The notes under the pieces are model-generated. The model did no database searches. It was not told the origin of the DNA and saw nothing but the letters and a program-made list of their open reading frames with translations. From the NCBI GenBank assembly GCA_012295275.1, contig CM022679.1:12276001-12340000 (forward strand): a stretch of 64,000 bases of DNA, given 5' to 3'. The DNA comes from Chrysomallon squamiferum. Lineage: Eukaryota; Animalia; Mollusca. Below are positions 41,495 through 56,883 of the stretch, piece by piece. Position 1 is the first letter of the stretch. Each line of letters opens with the position of its first letter. The translations under genes were made by a program, and so were the position numbers.

Positions 41495-44400
41495 ATCATA
41501 AACAACAATATATTATTAAGAAAAAAAAAAAAATTGTTAAACAACGTCCAAGAAAAAAAAAAAAAAATTGCTTATTGATTGAAATTCAAAAATGAAAACA
41601 GAATAATAATTTATTAACAAATCAGTTTCATATATATATATTTTTTTTTTTTCAAACAGAAAATAATATTGGCCAAGTTATCAGTGTAGTAATAAAACTC
41701 ACTAATTGAACAGTCACTGACTGATTTAGATCCTGACTCTGGAGTGACATAGCCTGAAGGACATGGCTGACAAACTTTGTGTGCGACATCTTTGTAAAAT
41801 CCTACATCACAGTCACGACAAGAACCATTGACTCTTTCTTCACCAGCTGGACATGACACTGAAATCAGACAGGAAGACGAAATGTTTCATTCATATTTAC
41901 AATCTATCATCATGTGACATGTTGCAAGTGAAATATTAAGCATTTATAAATGTACAGCTTTTACAGTGCCTCATACTTTATTATTCAAAGGGTGCATCAC
42001 CACCCACCCAAGTTGTGAACCACTGTATTAAAACTCTGGATAATGAAAGCTGATTTTGGACATGAGAAAACCCTTTCAAAGTTCACTTCACCACTTCTAA
42101 TATAATAATTATACTGGCTTTTTTTTCTGTTTTATTTCTGACATTTTTTCTGGTGTCTCATGATTAAATAATGAACTGCTGATTTAATTTGAAATAGTAT
42201 TACAACCATGATTAAAAACAAAAAAGACTGTGTAAAAATGTAACAAGTCTGTTTTCAAATAGAACAACTATATAAACATGTAACAAGTCTATTTTCAAAC
42301 TCACATGGATCAAAGCACTGATTCTGCCTGGTGCTTCCTGTGTGTGATGTAGTAGTTCCTGCAGGACAGTTAACACAGTCTGTCTGATTCCACTCTGGCT
42401 GGTAAGTACCGACAGGACATTTTTCACACTGACCAGTTACTGGGTTAAGTTTGAAACCAGGAAAACACTGAGCTGCAATCACAGTATTAATATTTATGAA
42501 TGATAATTACAGAGAAACGTCAATTCCCAATACAGCAAAAATGTTATTATATAATATATATATATATACCTGAAATAAATAAATGAATATATAATATAAA
42601 TATGTTAATTTGAAATTTAACACATTAAAATAAAATTTCATGGAAATGAAAATGGCAGCATCAATGAATTATCTTCTTTTTTTTTTATTTTTTTTTTATT
42701 TGCTACAATTAAAACCCAGTAACAAATAAAAAAGAAAACATTTAACAGTTTACAAAATGCCCATAGGGTATCTTTTCTTATCATCATGGGTGAGATTATC
42801 AGGTTATATTATAAATACTGTAATTAAAAAAAAAACACAATGCTAGTACATTATTTTACAAATAATTTCATAAAGACAAAAAAGCAAACATCTGATGCAC
42901 TGACTGCAAAGTTGACTCTCCCTTCGGGTTTACCAAGTCATAAATTTAAAAAAAAAAAAAATGATCTTGTATCAGATAAGATTAGTTGGATAGCTTGTGT
43001 TATTTACTTACATGAATCTACACACAAGTCTACAGTTGCAGAGCCAGTGTTGACTGTAGTGGTGCCCTGTGGACAGTCAGTACATTCAGTCTGGTTGAAT
43101 AACGGCTGGTACGTACCAACTGGACATTCCTCACAAACATTGGTTAACACTGTTGAGTCTTGATCCAGGAGAACACTCAGCTGAAAGAGCAAGCAGAAAA
43201 TGTGAGGAGGGAAAAGAATAAAAACAAAGAAACAAATGGCGACATTTAATAAAGCAGTCCTGTAACAGGATATAACACAAAGCATGATGCTGTACAGGAC
43301 TAAACGTGTGATGTCTCATGTTCCAGGGTACCACCTTGAACTTAATAACTTTTTTTATCTTAAAGAAAAATGAAATGCTCAAGGTAAATTGTCCTTTAAA
43401 CTATCGCTATGTTCCTGCAGCAATTGATTATGTTTTTCATATCATAAGGAAATAAAAGTTAGTTTTTAAATGGTAATAACCTTTTGATGGTGATAATGAT
43501 TATTTATATATTATATATTTTTGCCAACATATATATCCACACATAGATGTAAATTACAGTTAAATGACAGATGGCTATGAATTTGATATATACATTTACA
43601 ATATGCACACATAAACATACCATCAGACAGCTGTGCTTACTGATATGCATATTCCAAAATGCGAAAATAATTTGTTTTCCTTTTGAAAAGGTGATTACAC
43701 ACACTCCCATCTAATTTAATAATCCTTACCAACATTACACATGGCAGAGTTCACTGCTGCTGTTGTAGCTGTAGTGTAGCCTGGTGGACACAACAGACAG
43801 ACTGGATCCACGTCACTCTGTCTGTATGTCCCTAGAGGACAGTCCCTGCACTTCTGGTCTGCTGTGAGTTCCCTGCCACTGGGACACACATCTTTGTTGA
43901 TGAGGATAAAAATTAAAATAATGAGTAATAAATTAATGTGTTATAACGGGAAAAATAAATAACTAAAAAAAAAAATGAAGTATAAAAAAATTAAAATAAA
44001 TAAAATATAAAGGAAAATGAATAAAAATTAAGTAAATTTTTTTTTTTTTTTTAAAACAAGCATGCTTTTGAAATGTTTTTTTTTTTTTTTTCAGAGGCAA
44101 TTTATTTTTACTTTTAATTTGTTATAAATCCTGGGTGGTAATTTAAAATGTCTTTTTTATCCATAGACCATGTACAGGTTTATGCATATGGATCTATTAT
44201 GAACTGAAGTTCATGTAAGCATAGTTATTTATTTTGAAAATGGGTACATATTTACAAAAAATGAACATATCTTTTTCAAAAAGATAATTAATTAAATAAT
44301 TAATAATAATATTCTTGAGTACAGAAAAAAGCAGAAACTCAGTTTATATTCAATATTGTTAACCGTGGCAACTCAGTCTGTCCGGTCAATCCGGTATAAT

Positions 44401-45889
44401 GGATACTTAGTCTTTTAAGTATATGTGCATCTATCATGATAACATTAAATTGACAAATAAAAACCAAATCGATGGAATCAATAATAAAAAAAGGAACACC
44501 AAAATTGACACAACAACAGCAACATCAGCCCCAGCAAATATTTACTTCACTCACCAATGCAGAGGTGAGATGCAATTGTTCCTGATTTTGTTGTAGTTCT
44601 TCCAAGTGGACAAGTTTTGCAGAAGAAAGTTCCAGTAGTGTCTTGATAAAAACCAACACCACAATCTTCACATCTCTGGCTGGAGATGTTGAAAAATCTA
44701 CCAGTAGGACAAATCTCTGGAAAAAATAAATAAACAAGTCACAGATTTTAAACTAATTATATATGATAATGTATGTATGTGTATATATGTTTGTTTTATG
44801 TGATATACATGTTCATAAATATGTTTTATGTGCATATATGTGTGACTCTACTTGGGTCTGTTTGTGTGAAAGTTTTATATTTATATGTCCAAATAGCCTG
44901 TTTTTTCAAACAAATTTGAAATCAAAAAGAAATTTATATATATATATATATATATATCTCTTTTTTTTTCTTAAATATATTATACATATTTTAACAAACA
45001 ATTATTCAGATCTGCATAAAATCTGTCAATTAATATATACAAACCATGACATTCAGTACTGGAGACAGCACCAACACGTTGAGTTGTCTTCCCTGCAGGA
45101 CAAGAAACACACTGAAGAGCTCCATAGTTTGACTGGAAGGTTCTCATTGGACAGTTGTCACAGTGCTTGGTGGAGCCATTGAAGAAAGTGCCAGGACCAC
45201 ATTGCACTGGTTATTCAGAATAAAAAACAGAAGGATAATCACTGTATGTAAAACATAACATATACTGTAGCTAATTATAATGAAGTTTTTATTTGTCTAG
45301 TCATTTGTTTGTTGTTTCCTTTCACCAGTTATAAATTATGTAAAATTGTAAAATGATTAAGGTAGTTGTTTTGTTTTTTTAAATTATTTTATTTTATTGT
45401 TTCATTTGAGTAATACTTTATCAAAATAAATAATTCTTCTACAGAATTCTTAATTCACTAAACACCAAATACTTTCTCTCTGTCACATCATCAGTTTCAT
45501 TCATATATTTATCATTTGCAAAACCAAATAATTTTTAATTGGTATTTTATAAATATTTTTTATAAAACACTTTTTATTTGTCCTCTGGTATTTTCAAACA
45601 TCATGGAAGGAAAGACAAATGTTACATTTACTGACAACAATCATATTTTAAAACTATGTGTATATGATTAATACATTTTAAGTTTCTTCTTTTGTTTTCA
45701 CCCTTAAGCATTAATATATATATTTTTTCTTTAATATAATTAATTATTTTACCACAGAGCTTGCCCACTACAACTTGTCCAGAGTTACACTTTAAAACAA
45801 CTTTGATGTCCAAACTGTTTGAATTTGGCAGAGCTTTGAAATTTTTTTCCTGTAAAATAAAAGCAACTTTGAGGGCCATAATATAATAT

Positions 45890-45921
<32 letters not shown>

Positions 45922-48900
45922 TGTGTGTGTGTGTTTTGTATATATAGACAGATAGACAGACGCACAGACATTCAGACATACACAAAACAGAAATAATAAG
46001 AATTAGGGTAGAGAATAAGATAAAAGAAATTAATTTCATTTTATTTTTTTTATTTTGATAAATTATAACATTTTAAATTTATGCAGATTTTATATATCTG
46101 TAGATTCTAATAGCCATTAAGAAAGCTGTTTTCTGATTCTCAGTAAAGAGAGATAGAGACAGACAGATATATGTACAATTAGACAAACAGACTGAATAAT
46201 AATGAATAGTATTGTGTTCTAGAACATCATAAATAAATCAGATATTTACTTTATATGTTAAGATCTTTTCATCAAGAATTGACTGAAGCAGAATCTTTTG
46301 AACAGGTAAAGTATTTCCCCTACTTTGAATTTCTGATCTGAAAACGAAACAACAGTTGTATATCAGAATATCAGAATTGAGATGAAATCAGAATAATGGA
46401 ATTAAGACAATGAAAATCATAAAATAATAATAAAATACATATTACTTAGACAATTATAAAAGTTATAAATTAATAATTAATGCATATTTAACAATAAAGA
46501 AATAATCAATAGAAAAAAGAGGTCAAATAAATAGTAATAAAAAAAACAACAAGTAATAAATAAATAAATAAATAAATAAATAAAATTAAATAAATGATTA
46601 ATTAATTAAAAATAAAAAAAAATAAAAATAATGTTTAATGTTTAATCTTAAAAAACAAATTATAATCAACAAAAAAATAAAAAAATAAAATAAAAATAAA
46701 AATAAAAATGAAAATAAAAATAATAATAATAAAATAAAATATTTAATCAAACATAAACAATCTACAAAATTAGAAAATATAAAAACTCTCTTCCACACTT
46801 ACACAACATCTGTGATGTTAACTGCAAGCTTGCCACTTGAAAAACGATTACAGCTGAACTGAAAGGTGAAGTCTGTGCAGGGACTGTTTCGACACAGTAG
46901 TTTGTGTAAGGCAGACACACTTGTGGACAGTCTCTGTTCTAACACAGACTTTATCTGATAGCAGCTTGCACCAGATATGTAGTGTGACAGACCAACACTC
47001 ACATCTGCTTTAGCTTGACCCACAATTCCTGATTCAAAATGAAAAGAAAAGTTAAAAACATTTTTTTTAATTTGAGATGCGTTTAAAAATAATCTGCTGA
47101 ACAGTATAATCACCTCACCCACCCACCACCCCAGAAAATGGAAATTATAAAAAATATGTAAAAAAACAGAAAATATACAAATAACAAAAGAAAAGATAAA
47201 TTAGAGATATTTTATTTAGTGATCGTTCAACATGCTTCTCATTCATTCTGTCTGTTAGCATGATTCTATATGTACTGTACTTATAGGTGATGGAATGTGT
47301 CATTCATTTTCAAAAATATGTGTGCCTACACAAATACATAAGAGACAAACAGAGACAAGGAGAAATTCACAGATGGACAGACAGACAGATGGATAAATTG
47401 GTGAATGGATGGATGGATATACAAACAGGTAAAGACAGAGACTGACAAAGACTGACAGATAGACAGACATGTAGGTAGAAAGATAAACAGACAGATAAAA
47501 AGTCAGACAGAAGTATCATATACATAAATGAATGGACAGAAAGATAGGCTAACAAACAGACAGACAAAAACATTCATCACCCAATTAATTATTTCATAAA
47601 TCAATGTTAAGAACTAAGAACTTACTTCCACATGAAGGATAAAGTCCTTCAAACTGTGAATTCAGTGAATTCCAGTCTCCTGAAGGTCCACAGGTGAAGT
47701 GTTTTGGTGCTGGGTCAACCAGAACCGATGTGTTGCTAGGACACGTGATGTCACAGACTGAAAAAGGCCATTTTCCTTGTTTCTTGAAACATGTCTGCAA
47801 TCCACCTCCTTGAGGCTGATTCAAATCTGGGCAGAAGGAATCTGAAATTGACAAATGTATTTAATTTTTATTTATTAAAAAATATATATATGATCTTCTC
47901 TTTCTTAATTTTCAAATGGTTCTTCTTTTTCTTCTTCTTTCATTCTTTAATTATTTATTTACTTTCTCTATTTGATTTAACTTATTCCTTTAGATTTAAT
48001 AAATAGTATAGGTAACTAATATTCCAGATGAAATACAAACATAAATAAAAAATAAACAAACAAACAAACAAAATAAAATAACAAATAAAAAAACAAATGA
48101 ATAAAATTATGAAAATAAACAAAAACAAATTAACAAAAATATAAATAATGAAATAAAAATATTAAAATAAATAATATGTTTTCATTAAAAAGACATATAA
48201 AAAGTGAAAATTTAATTTAATTTAAAGATGTAAATTATACTGTAAATATTATTAATATTCGCTGTCTTTGCATCAGTATTATGTCATATTTTAACAGTGT
48301 GAACTCCATTGAGACATCACTAGCTCTTTCATCTGTATTAAAATACATATTTTTAAATCCATGAAAATTTTAAACTAATAATGAATTTTTCCTTTTAAAA
48401 ATTTATTTTTATTTTTTTTTTTTCTTTGTACTTGTTAAAAATTTTTTTATAGAAAATTATTTATAGCCAAATGTCAAATGAGAAAAAAAAATCAAAGGAA
48501 AACAAAAAGGAAATAAATTATTTAATAAACAAATAAAATAAACATAATCAGTTAATAATAAGTAAATATATTAATAATTACAAGAAAATTTATAAATAAA
48601 AATTTTAAAAATAAATATAATACATAAATTTATTGATATCAGATAGTCCTATATATGCATGTACATATGTATATGTATATTATATATCAGTTCACTAATG
48701 TTACACTAATTCTTAATTATAATTAAATACTTAAATAATTAAATATTTAAAAATAATTATAATTAGAATAAATACCCATAAATTTATAATATATAATTAC
48801 AATTACATAAATTCATGTAATTAATTATTTTTAGATAAATATTCTATTCCATGATATTAAACTATAATTAAATAAATACCCATAAATTCATAATAAATAA

Positions 48901-49474
48901 TTATAATTAAATAAATGATGATGTAAATATCAGATAAAAATATAAATATATACCTGATCTGTAGTTAGATTTCACAGTGATAGCTCCATCAAAGACTGGT
49001 TCTTTCCATGTAACAACAGTGTTTGGTGTTAGACTCTCTTTGAAAACATTTCCAGGACAAGACTTAACTTTTGAGGCAGTAGGTTCTACAAAACAATCAG
49101 GTTTAAATATGTGTATTTTGTGTAATCTTGGAATCATTACATTTTGCTATAATACTTCTGCATTTTACTGTTGTTTTTATTTTGTAAATACTTTTTAATA
49201 AAAGGAAAAAATTATTTACACATATACATTTATGTTTTTTTTTTCTTCTTCATTTTAATTAACTATGATCTGAGATATTTCAAAAGATAATTATTTTTAT
49301 TTTCTCTCGTTTGAATTATTAATTATAAATACCATACATGTATGTATACCCAAATATTTTAGTATACACTGTATATAATTATGTAAAGAGATCCACATGC
49401 TAATAAACATATGCCTACTTTTGCACCCATCTACCCACAGAAATGTGAGACACATTCATGAATGCACGTAACAC

Positions 49475-49537
<63 letters not shown>

Positions 49538-51304
49538 CTTCACTGAAATACACACCAACTCACCCAAACATCCACCCCAACACCAAAAATATCCCCAAAA
49601 CACTTACTTTTTATTAATCTTACACAGTCTGGAGGCTCAGCAAAGCCTGAAGGACAGGAGTTGTATCTAGCAGTGGAAGGTCTCACTGTTTTTGTGTTAC
49701 CTCTTGTAACAAACCCTGCCCATCGCAAAACAACCCCACCAGTTAACACAACCTGTGGAGCGTCTTGCAGATATTTTGCCTCTGACAGAAAATCTATGTA
49801 TCGACTGTAGATGTTTACTTGAGATAAGCAGCCAACAAACACACTAGTTTCAGTTTGCTGTGCCTGTTGGTATGAGCCCAAAGAAAGCCAGATTCTGAAA
49901 AACAAAACAGTCTTTTTTTTTGTTGTCATTTCAGTATGTTGTATTGATGCCTGTAAGCTATCTAAACCAGAAAATAATTTCAAAGATATTTTCAGATGTC
50001 AGATACATAATAAGAAAGAATAAAACATAAATGATGAAAAAGAATATATATATATATATATTTTTTTTTTTCATGCACACATACACAGACAAACACAAAC
50101 AGAAATATACCATCAAGTATTTCAATTTATTTTTATTCTTATTTATTCATCTTTATTATTATTTTTTTAGTTTACATTAATATCAAATTTTTAATGCACC
50201 TTTTATCAAATCCTTTTTAAACTAATAAATCATTAACAAAAGATCAAAATTAGTAGATGAAAATTTACTTTGCTGAGAGTATCTTGCCAACTGCATAGTT
50301 AGTTCTTTGACTCTGTAAGGCATTGTCCAGTAAAAGACTGAGTGTTCCAGTGTCTTTGTGCCAGGATACTGCCAGATTGTGCCATACCCCATCATTGACT
50401 GTCACAGAGGAAAATGGAAGAAGTTCTGTGTTGTCAGTGAAGTAGGAAAACAAGCCTGTTTCATTCACAGACAACAGCTTGTGAAGAGATGAAAGAAAAC
50501 CTGGACTTCTGTGAATTTAAAACACAAATATAAAATATGTATGTATGGACAGATATAATCACACAGACACTATTTTATATACATATCTATCTACCTGTCT
50601 AACTGTCTATCTATCGATCTATCTGTCTATACATATATACATATATATAAAGCATGTTAGCTAAAGGGCATATAGACAGTTTTTTTCTTTTAAAGAAAAT
50701 GGAAAACACTGAGAAGGATGTATGCCATTAAATTAAAAATTCAGTAATCATTTACTATTGAAGGATGTCAGTGATTTTAGAAATAATCATCAGTCAATGT
50801 ATCAAACTAAAATTTGGTAAAAATGGATCTAATCCCTTTTTACAACTGAACTTAGAATTAACTTTTACACCATAAATAATCATTCTTTTATAAAGAAAAT
50901 ATCTGAACTGAACAGTCTGTGTTAGCAAACTGCATCAGCTTTAACTGTGATATAAAATGTTTTTACCTGGTTTCATAAACAGTAAGGAAAGTTCCACTTG
51001 TGTTTGTGATAGAATATTTAAACCACACAGAAATACTGAAACCATCTGACCACACTACAGGTATGGGATATGGAAGATATGCACTGCCTCCATTTTGTGA
51101 GGCCAAGAAGCAAAGGTCATAATCAGTATTTATATCTGAAAAAAGTATAATTTAAATTTCACTGAATATCTGAAGAAAGTGTTAATAATAAAAGCTGTTA
51201 TATAAAATATATTGAATTTAATATGTGTAGATTTATATTTAGTTAATGATCAGTATGGTGTAGTCTAACAAACACACACACACACATACCCACACACACA
51301 CATA

Positions 51305-51337
<33 letters not shown>

Positions 51338-51681
51338 CTACAAACACATACACACAAGGACACACAGAGAAAAATATATATGTATATATATATGTATGTA
51401 TATATGAATGTATGAATATAAGTATAATAATATGCATACATATTTTTTATTAAAAATAAACAAATTAACTAATTAAAAGATCACATAATAAAATTATATA
51501 CAAAGATGAAATACCTTCAGTACAGTTGGGTTCTTTCTTTCCAACAGGACAGTGACAGTAATGGCCACCAATCCCTTCAACACAGGTAGAACTGTGAGGA
51601 CAAACAACATTTTGACAAAATTCTATTCTGATTTCACACCTGCTGCCAGTGAATCCTGTAATGATAATGATGATGATGATG

Positions 51682-51765
<84 letters not shown>

Positions 51766-52477
51766 TGAAGATGATGATGATGATTATGATAAAAATAATA
51801 ATACAAAATTACAATTACAAATGAAAGATTATAGGAATTGTATAGATGTTAAGAATTTCTTGATAAATAAATGATATGTATTCCTAAACCTGTAATTTAT
51901 ATCATATTTTGAAATTCAATATAATTAAAAAAATGTTGTTTTGTTTTTCTGGACTCTCACCTTCTAAGCAAGAACAGATAAAGTCTGCATCAACTGTACG
52001 TCTGCATTTTCCACCATTTTTACACAGAGAATTATCACAAGAGTTATCAATAAACAGATGACACCCATCACCAGCTGTACCTGAAATAATAATAATAATA
52101 ATAATAACAATAATAATAAAAACCACAACAACAACAACAACAACATAAATAATGATAATGATAACAATAATAATAAATAAATAAATAAAAAAGAAGAAAA
52201 CAAAAAAACCACAAATGATTGTTTGTTTGTTTAGCAACATTCCAGCACAAAAATAATTGTCAAATGGGTGTCATTCAAAGGTAATCTTTGGATCAAAGAA
52301 GATAATTTATTTTTAATACAGTGTAGTTATTCAGAGCAGGGGAAATAACTGCAGTGTCATTTTTTATTTAAAGGGAGGTAACTGTCTTAACGTTATTTTG
52401 TCAGATGCATGACAACTGTAATTAACTGGTTAATGTTATAATTGAAATCAGATCACAAAAGGACAGACCCCCTTCCC

Positions 52478-52514
<37 letters not shown>

Positions 52515-52736
52515 TAAAAAATAAAAATGAAAGAAAGAAAAAGTAATTTTCTTTAATTATCATTGATTTACCTGGAGGACATTTGCATATAACATCTGTG
52601 TTGTTACTGAAATAGCAGTTGGATGGATTCTGACATGGATTTGTCACTTCACACAGATTTGGAATTTTCAGACATTGGGGACCAAAAGAATATTTGTTGC
52701 ATCTGCAAATGAAACAATGCCATTATAACGATAATT

Positions 52737-52767
<31 letters not shown>

Positions 52768-53145
52768 CATCACAGCAGTGATTATAATCATGATAAAAGC
52801 AGTAGCAGAAGGTGAACTAGTGATTCTAGTTGTATTAATGACAGAAGTTGCAGTAATAACAATAGAAGTAGTTGTACTAATAGTAACCATAATATTAATA
52901 ATAGCTGTTGTAATGATAGTGGTAATAATAAGAGCAAGACCTACAACAACAAAAAATTAAACAATAGCAATGCCAGTCATGGTAATAATAGAAATGATAA
53001 AACCAGTGAGTACATGAAACAGTAATAGACAATTTTAGATAAATTATAATAATAACACTATTTAAAAAGGTGCATATGTGTGTATGTATGTGTGCATGTG
53101 CATGTGTGCCCATCAGGTGGCCAAAAGACCCACACATGTATGTGT

Positions 53146-53198
<53 letters not shown>

Positions 53199-54776
53199 GT
53201 GTCCAATAAAACCCACACTGAACTTTAATACACGATACATTATATTTTTAAACTTTTAAGTTTATATATATAAAGTCATGAAGAAAAATCAAAGATATGG
53301 TTTATATAAATAAAGAACAGATTTATCTAGTTGTAACTGTACTAACTTGCATGTGAAGTCGTTGAAAAGAGGAATACAGTCTGCTCCATTGGGACAGGAG
53401 TAACTTTTACATTTGTTGACTAAAGTTTGACAGTGGGAGCCAGTCCAGCCAGGAACACAGTCACATTGAAAACCTCCAAGTCTGTCTCGACAAGTTCCTC
53501 CATGTAGACAGGGTCTGCTCAAACATTCATTGATGTTAGTCTGAAAAATAAAACAGTATTTGGTTAATAACTGAAACCCTAAATTCTAATATATACTGAT
53601 GGCTTTCAAAAAGGATTTGTAATAGTAACTTTTTATAAGTAATCTTTTTAGGCGTTAAAAAGAAAAGGAAGATAAGAAGAAACAGAAAATGAAAACAGAT
53701 AGTGATAAAAACAAAAATAAAAATCTCCAAAACCCTCATCCCTCTTTGTCAGTCTGCCTGTATGTTTATTTGTCTATTTATCTATTATCTACATAATCTG
53801 TAAAAAAAGACCAAAACAAACAAAGCAAAATAAAGATCATATCCCTCTCTCAAAAATATGATCATCAATAAAATAATATGCCATCACTGGAAAACTATTA
53901 GGCCTGAGATGATTAAAATAAGAAATAATATTTGTAAAAGTATTAAAAACATGTAAACTTACAGAACAGTTTCTGCCAGTGTATCCAGGTCTGCATACAC
54001 AAGTGTAATTATTGATGCCATCAACACACTGAAGAGAGCCAGCATCATCACATGGGTCTTGTTTGCAATCATCAATATTCACACTACACTGTTCACCTGT
54101 AACAAATACACAGTGTACTGAAAGTCACCAGTTCTTCGTTTTCTTTACAAATTTAAAGATCTTGGAGTATATATAAAAAATTATTTCTTCCATAATTTTT
54201 GAAGTCTTGGATGAATGCAGACTATTTCCATTAAAGACTATAAAGGCCATGATGTGTTTTTGTTTATAATTCCATGGGAAGGTGTATATAAAAAGATTCC
54301 TTTTTGCTAAATAACAAACTTAGCCCAAATAGGTTTTTTTATTTTTTTATTTATTGCTTATATTTCATATTAATAACCATTTATCCAAATCTGTTGCATC
54401 ATCATAACAAATTAATTAATTAACACAAACTAAAATGAGTCTCACCAGAGAACCCATCCCTGCAGCTACAAGAGAATGTGTTGAGACCATTGTGACAGGT
54501 TGCACCATTTTTACATGGCTTGTCTCTGCAGTTGTCAGTGTTGTGTTGACACTGTAGGCCTGTATATCCTGTAGGACAGAGACACTGAAATCCACCCACA
54601 ACATCCTGGCATCTACCACCATTCTGACACAGATTAGTCTTTTCAGAGCATGTTGAGATCATGGTGCATTTTTTATCCACGAATACTGTAAAATAAAGTT
54701 AACAAACAATGGATACATTGAAGTTACACTTTCAGAATAATGATGGAATGAGAGTATAAATGAGTGTTTGTGTGTG

Positions 54777-54875
<99 letters not shown>

Positions 54876-56849
54876 AAGACAGATTAAATAAGTAAAAAGT
54901 GAGTAAGGAAATTAGACTCTTTGCATGAGTCAATGAACAAGGTTTGTTTGATAAGCAAATAAGTGACTGGAAATTATGGTAATTTTTTTAATGTACTCCA
55001 GTGACATTATTTAGATTTTTCAAAATATATAAAAGAAATTTGAAAAAAAGAGATAAAACAGAAAGCAAAAGACCAACAAATGAAACCCTCAAAACAGCAT
55101 GGAATATAATAAAGCAACAATAAAAAAAACAAACTAACAGAAAAGCAAACATGATAAGTAATATAAAAAATAAGATAAATAAAGAAGTAAACAATATAAA
55201 TATACACACACACACACACAAATACACACATACACACACACTCAAATACACACACACATACACACAGAACTCAGTAAATAAATAAACAAAGAAACAAATA
55301 ACTAACTAAATACTACAATACCTCTGGTGACAGAACATTTAAACCTGACTTTAAAATCACTACATGAAGAGCCAGTACAGTTTAACCCTTCCAGACTACA
55401 TATGTTGTTATCAGCAGATGTGAGAATATTGTTATTAGTGCGACATTCTGCCATCAGAGGTTCACTGCCTCTGCACACTTCAACACCAAGCTGAAAAAAC
55501 AAACAAATATATTTAGTAAAATTATCCTGTGTTGAAGTTAGGGAAGTATCTTAATATTTGGAACTAGATTTTGATTAACCAACAATAAAAAAATGTTATT
55601 GTCTAAATAAAATAATTATTTTATAAATTAGCTTGATTGTTGTTTCTGGGCTTATTTGGTTATTTGCTTGGTTGTTTGTTTTGTGTTATATATATATTAT
55701 TTTTTTGATTTTACCACCATAAATAATAATGAATGAAATTATGTTTAAACCACACAAAGCTGCACATTTGTGTATGTGTATGTGTATGAGTGTGTGTCTG
55801 TAAATATACATACATATATACATATACACACACACATACATACATATACATACACACACACATATACACAAACACACTTCTTTTCTTTCAGAATTTACTT
55901 AAAATTATTTTTCTGAAATCAAAATAATTTCAGAATTTTTTTTTCACACAAACAACTGTTCACATTAAGAACATTAAATTATTTTATAATAAGATTTAGT
56001 ATAAGATACAGTAATAAAACTTACAGCTAACAGTCTGGATTTTGTTTCCAAGTCTTGATTATCATCAACAGGGCTGTCTGTGTTGTACCATGGAGTCCAG
56101 AAATCATCTGAAAAAAAACAACATAAATGTTTCAATATAAATAAAATTATAAATAAATTCATAGCGCTGTTTTAAAATAATATTGAAATAATTTGTAAAA
56201 TATCAAGATAAACCCCAAAACTCTTGCAAATACAAATCTCTTGAAAATACATTTGTTGCAGATAGAGGTGTTGTATCATTGTTATTTAAACAAAAAACAA
56301 AAGAAGCAAAAACAATATATACACTAAAATGATACAGAATGATACGAACAGTATATGCAAATCCATGGTTTCAGAATAAGAAAGGTATTTTCTTTTTTAT
56401 TGATATAGTTTTCAAGGTAAACCAAGTTATATTTCTGAGATAAAAACAAACAAATGAAACCATTAATTATTAAAATAAATAAAATAAAAAAAGTAAGTAA
56501 AATCCTATGATCAGCCTTTGATAAGAACAACCTACCAAATGGGTGTGAGCAGTGTTTTGTGTAAATATGACAACAGTTGTCTGCTAGAGTTGACTGGAGA
56601 CTCTGTGTGTTAGATAACAGTTTACAAGACTTCGCTGTTTTGTTGAACACAAAACCAACATAGCTGTCCTCAGCTTCAGACTCAATGTGCTGAATACAGT
56701 CCTTGACCTGGACATTGGTCAGAGTTTTAGCCTGGTCAGTGTTTACAACTGTGTTTGTCTGGATGGAGTACTGACAGAACAAGCCTGAAACAAATAGTCA
56801 TTGAAAAAAAAAAATAAATAATGCAAAAAAAAATAAATAAATAAAATAA

Positions 56850-56883
<34 letters not shown>

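Noticed and set aside
43131-43133. In-frame TGA as selenocysteine or readthrough
   Set aside because: The downstream repeat sequence is in a different frame, so it is a frameshift rather than a recoded stop.
36939-45206. Regularly spaced repeats suggestive of a CRISPR-like or cassette array
   Set aside because: They are spliceosomal exons of a protein repeat, with no identical direct repeats or spacers; the context is eukaryotic.
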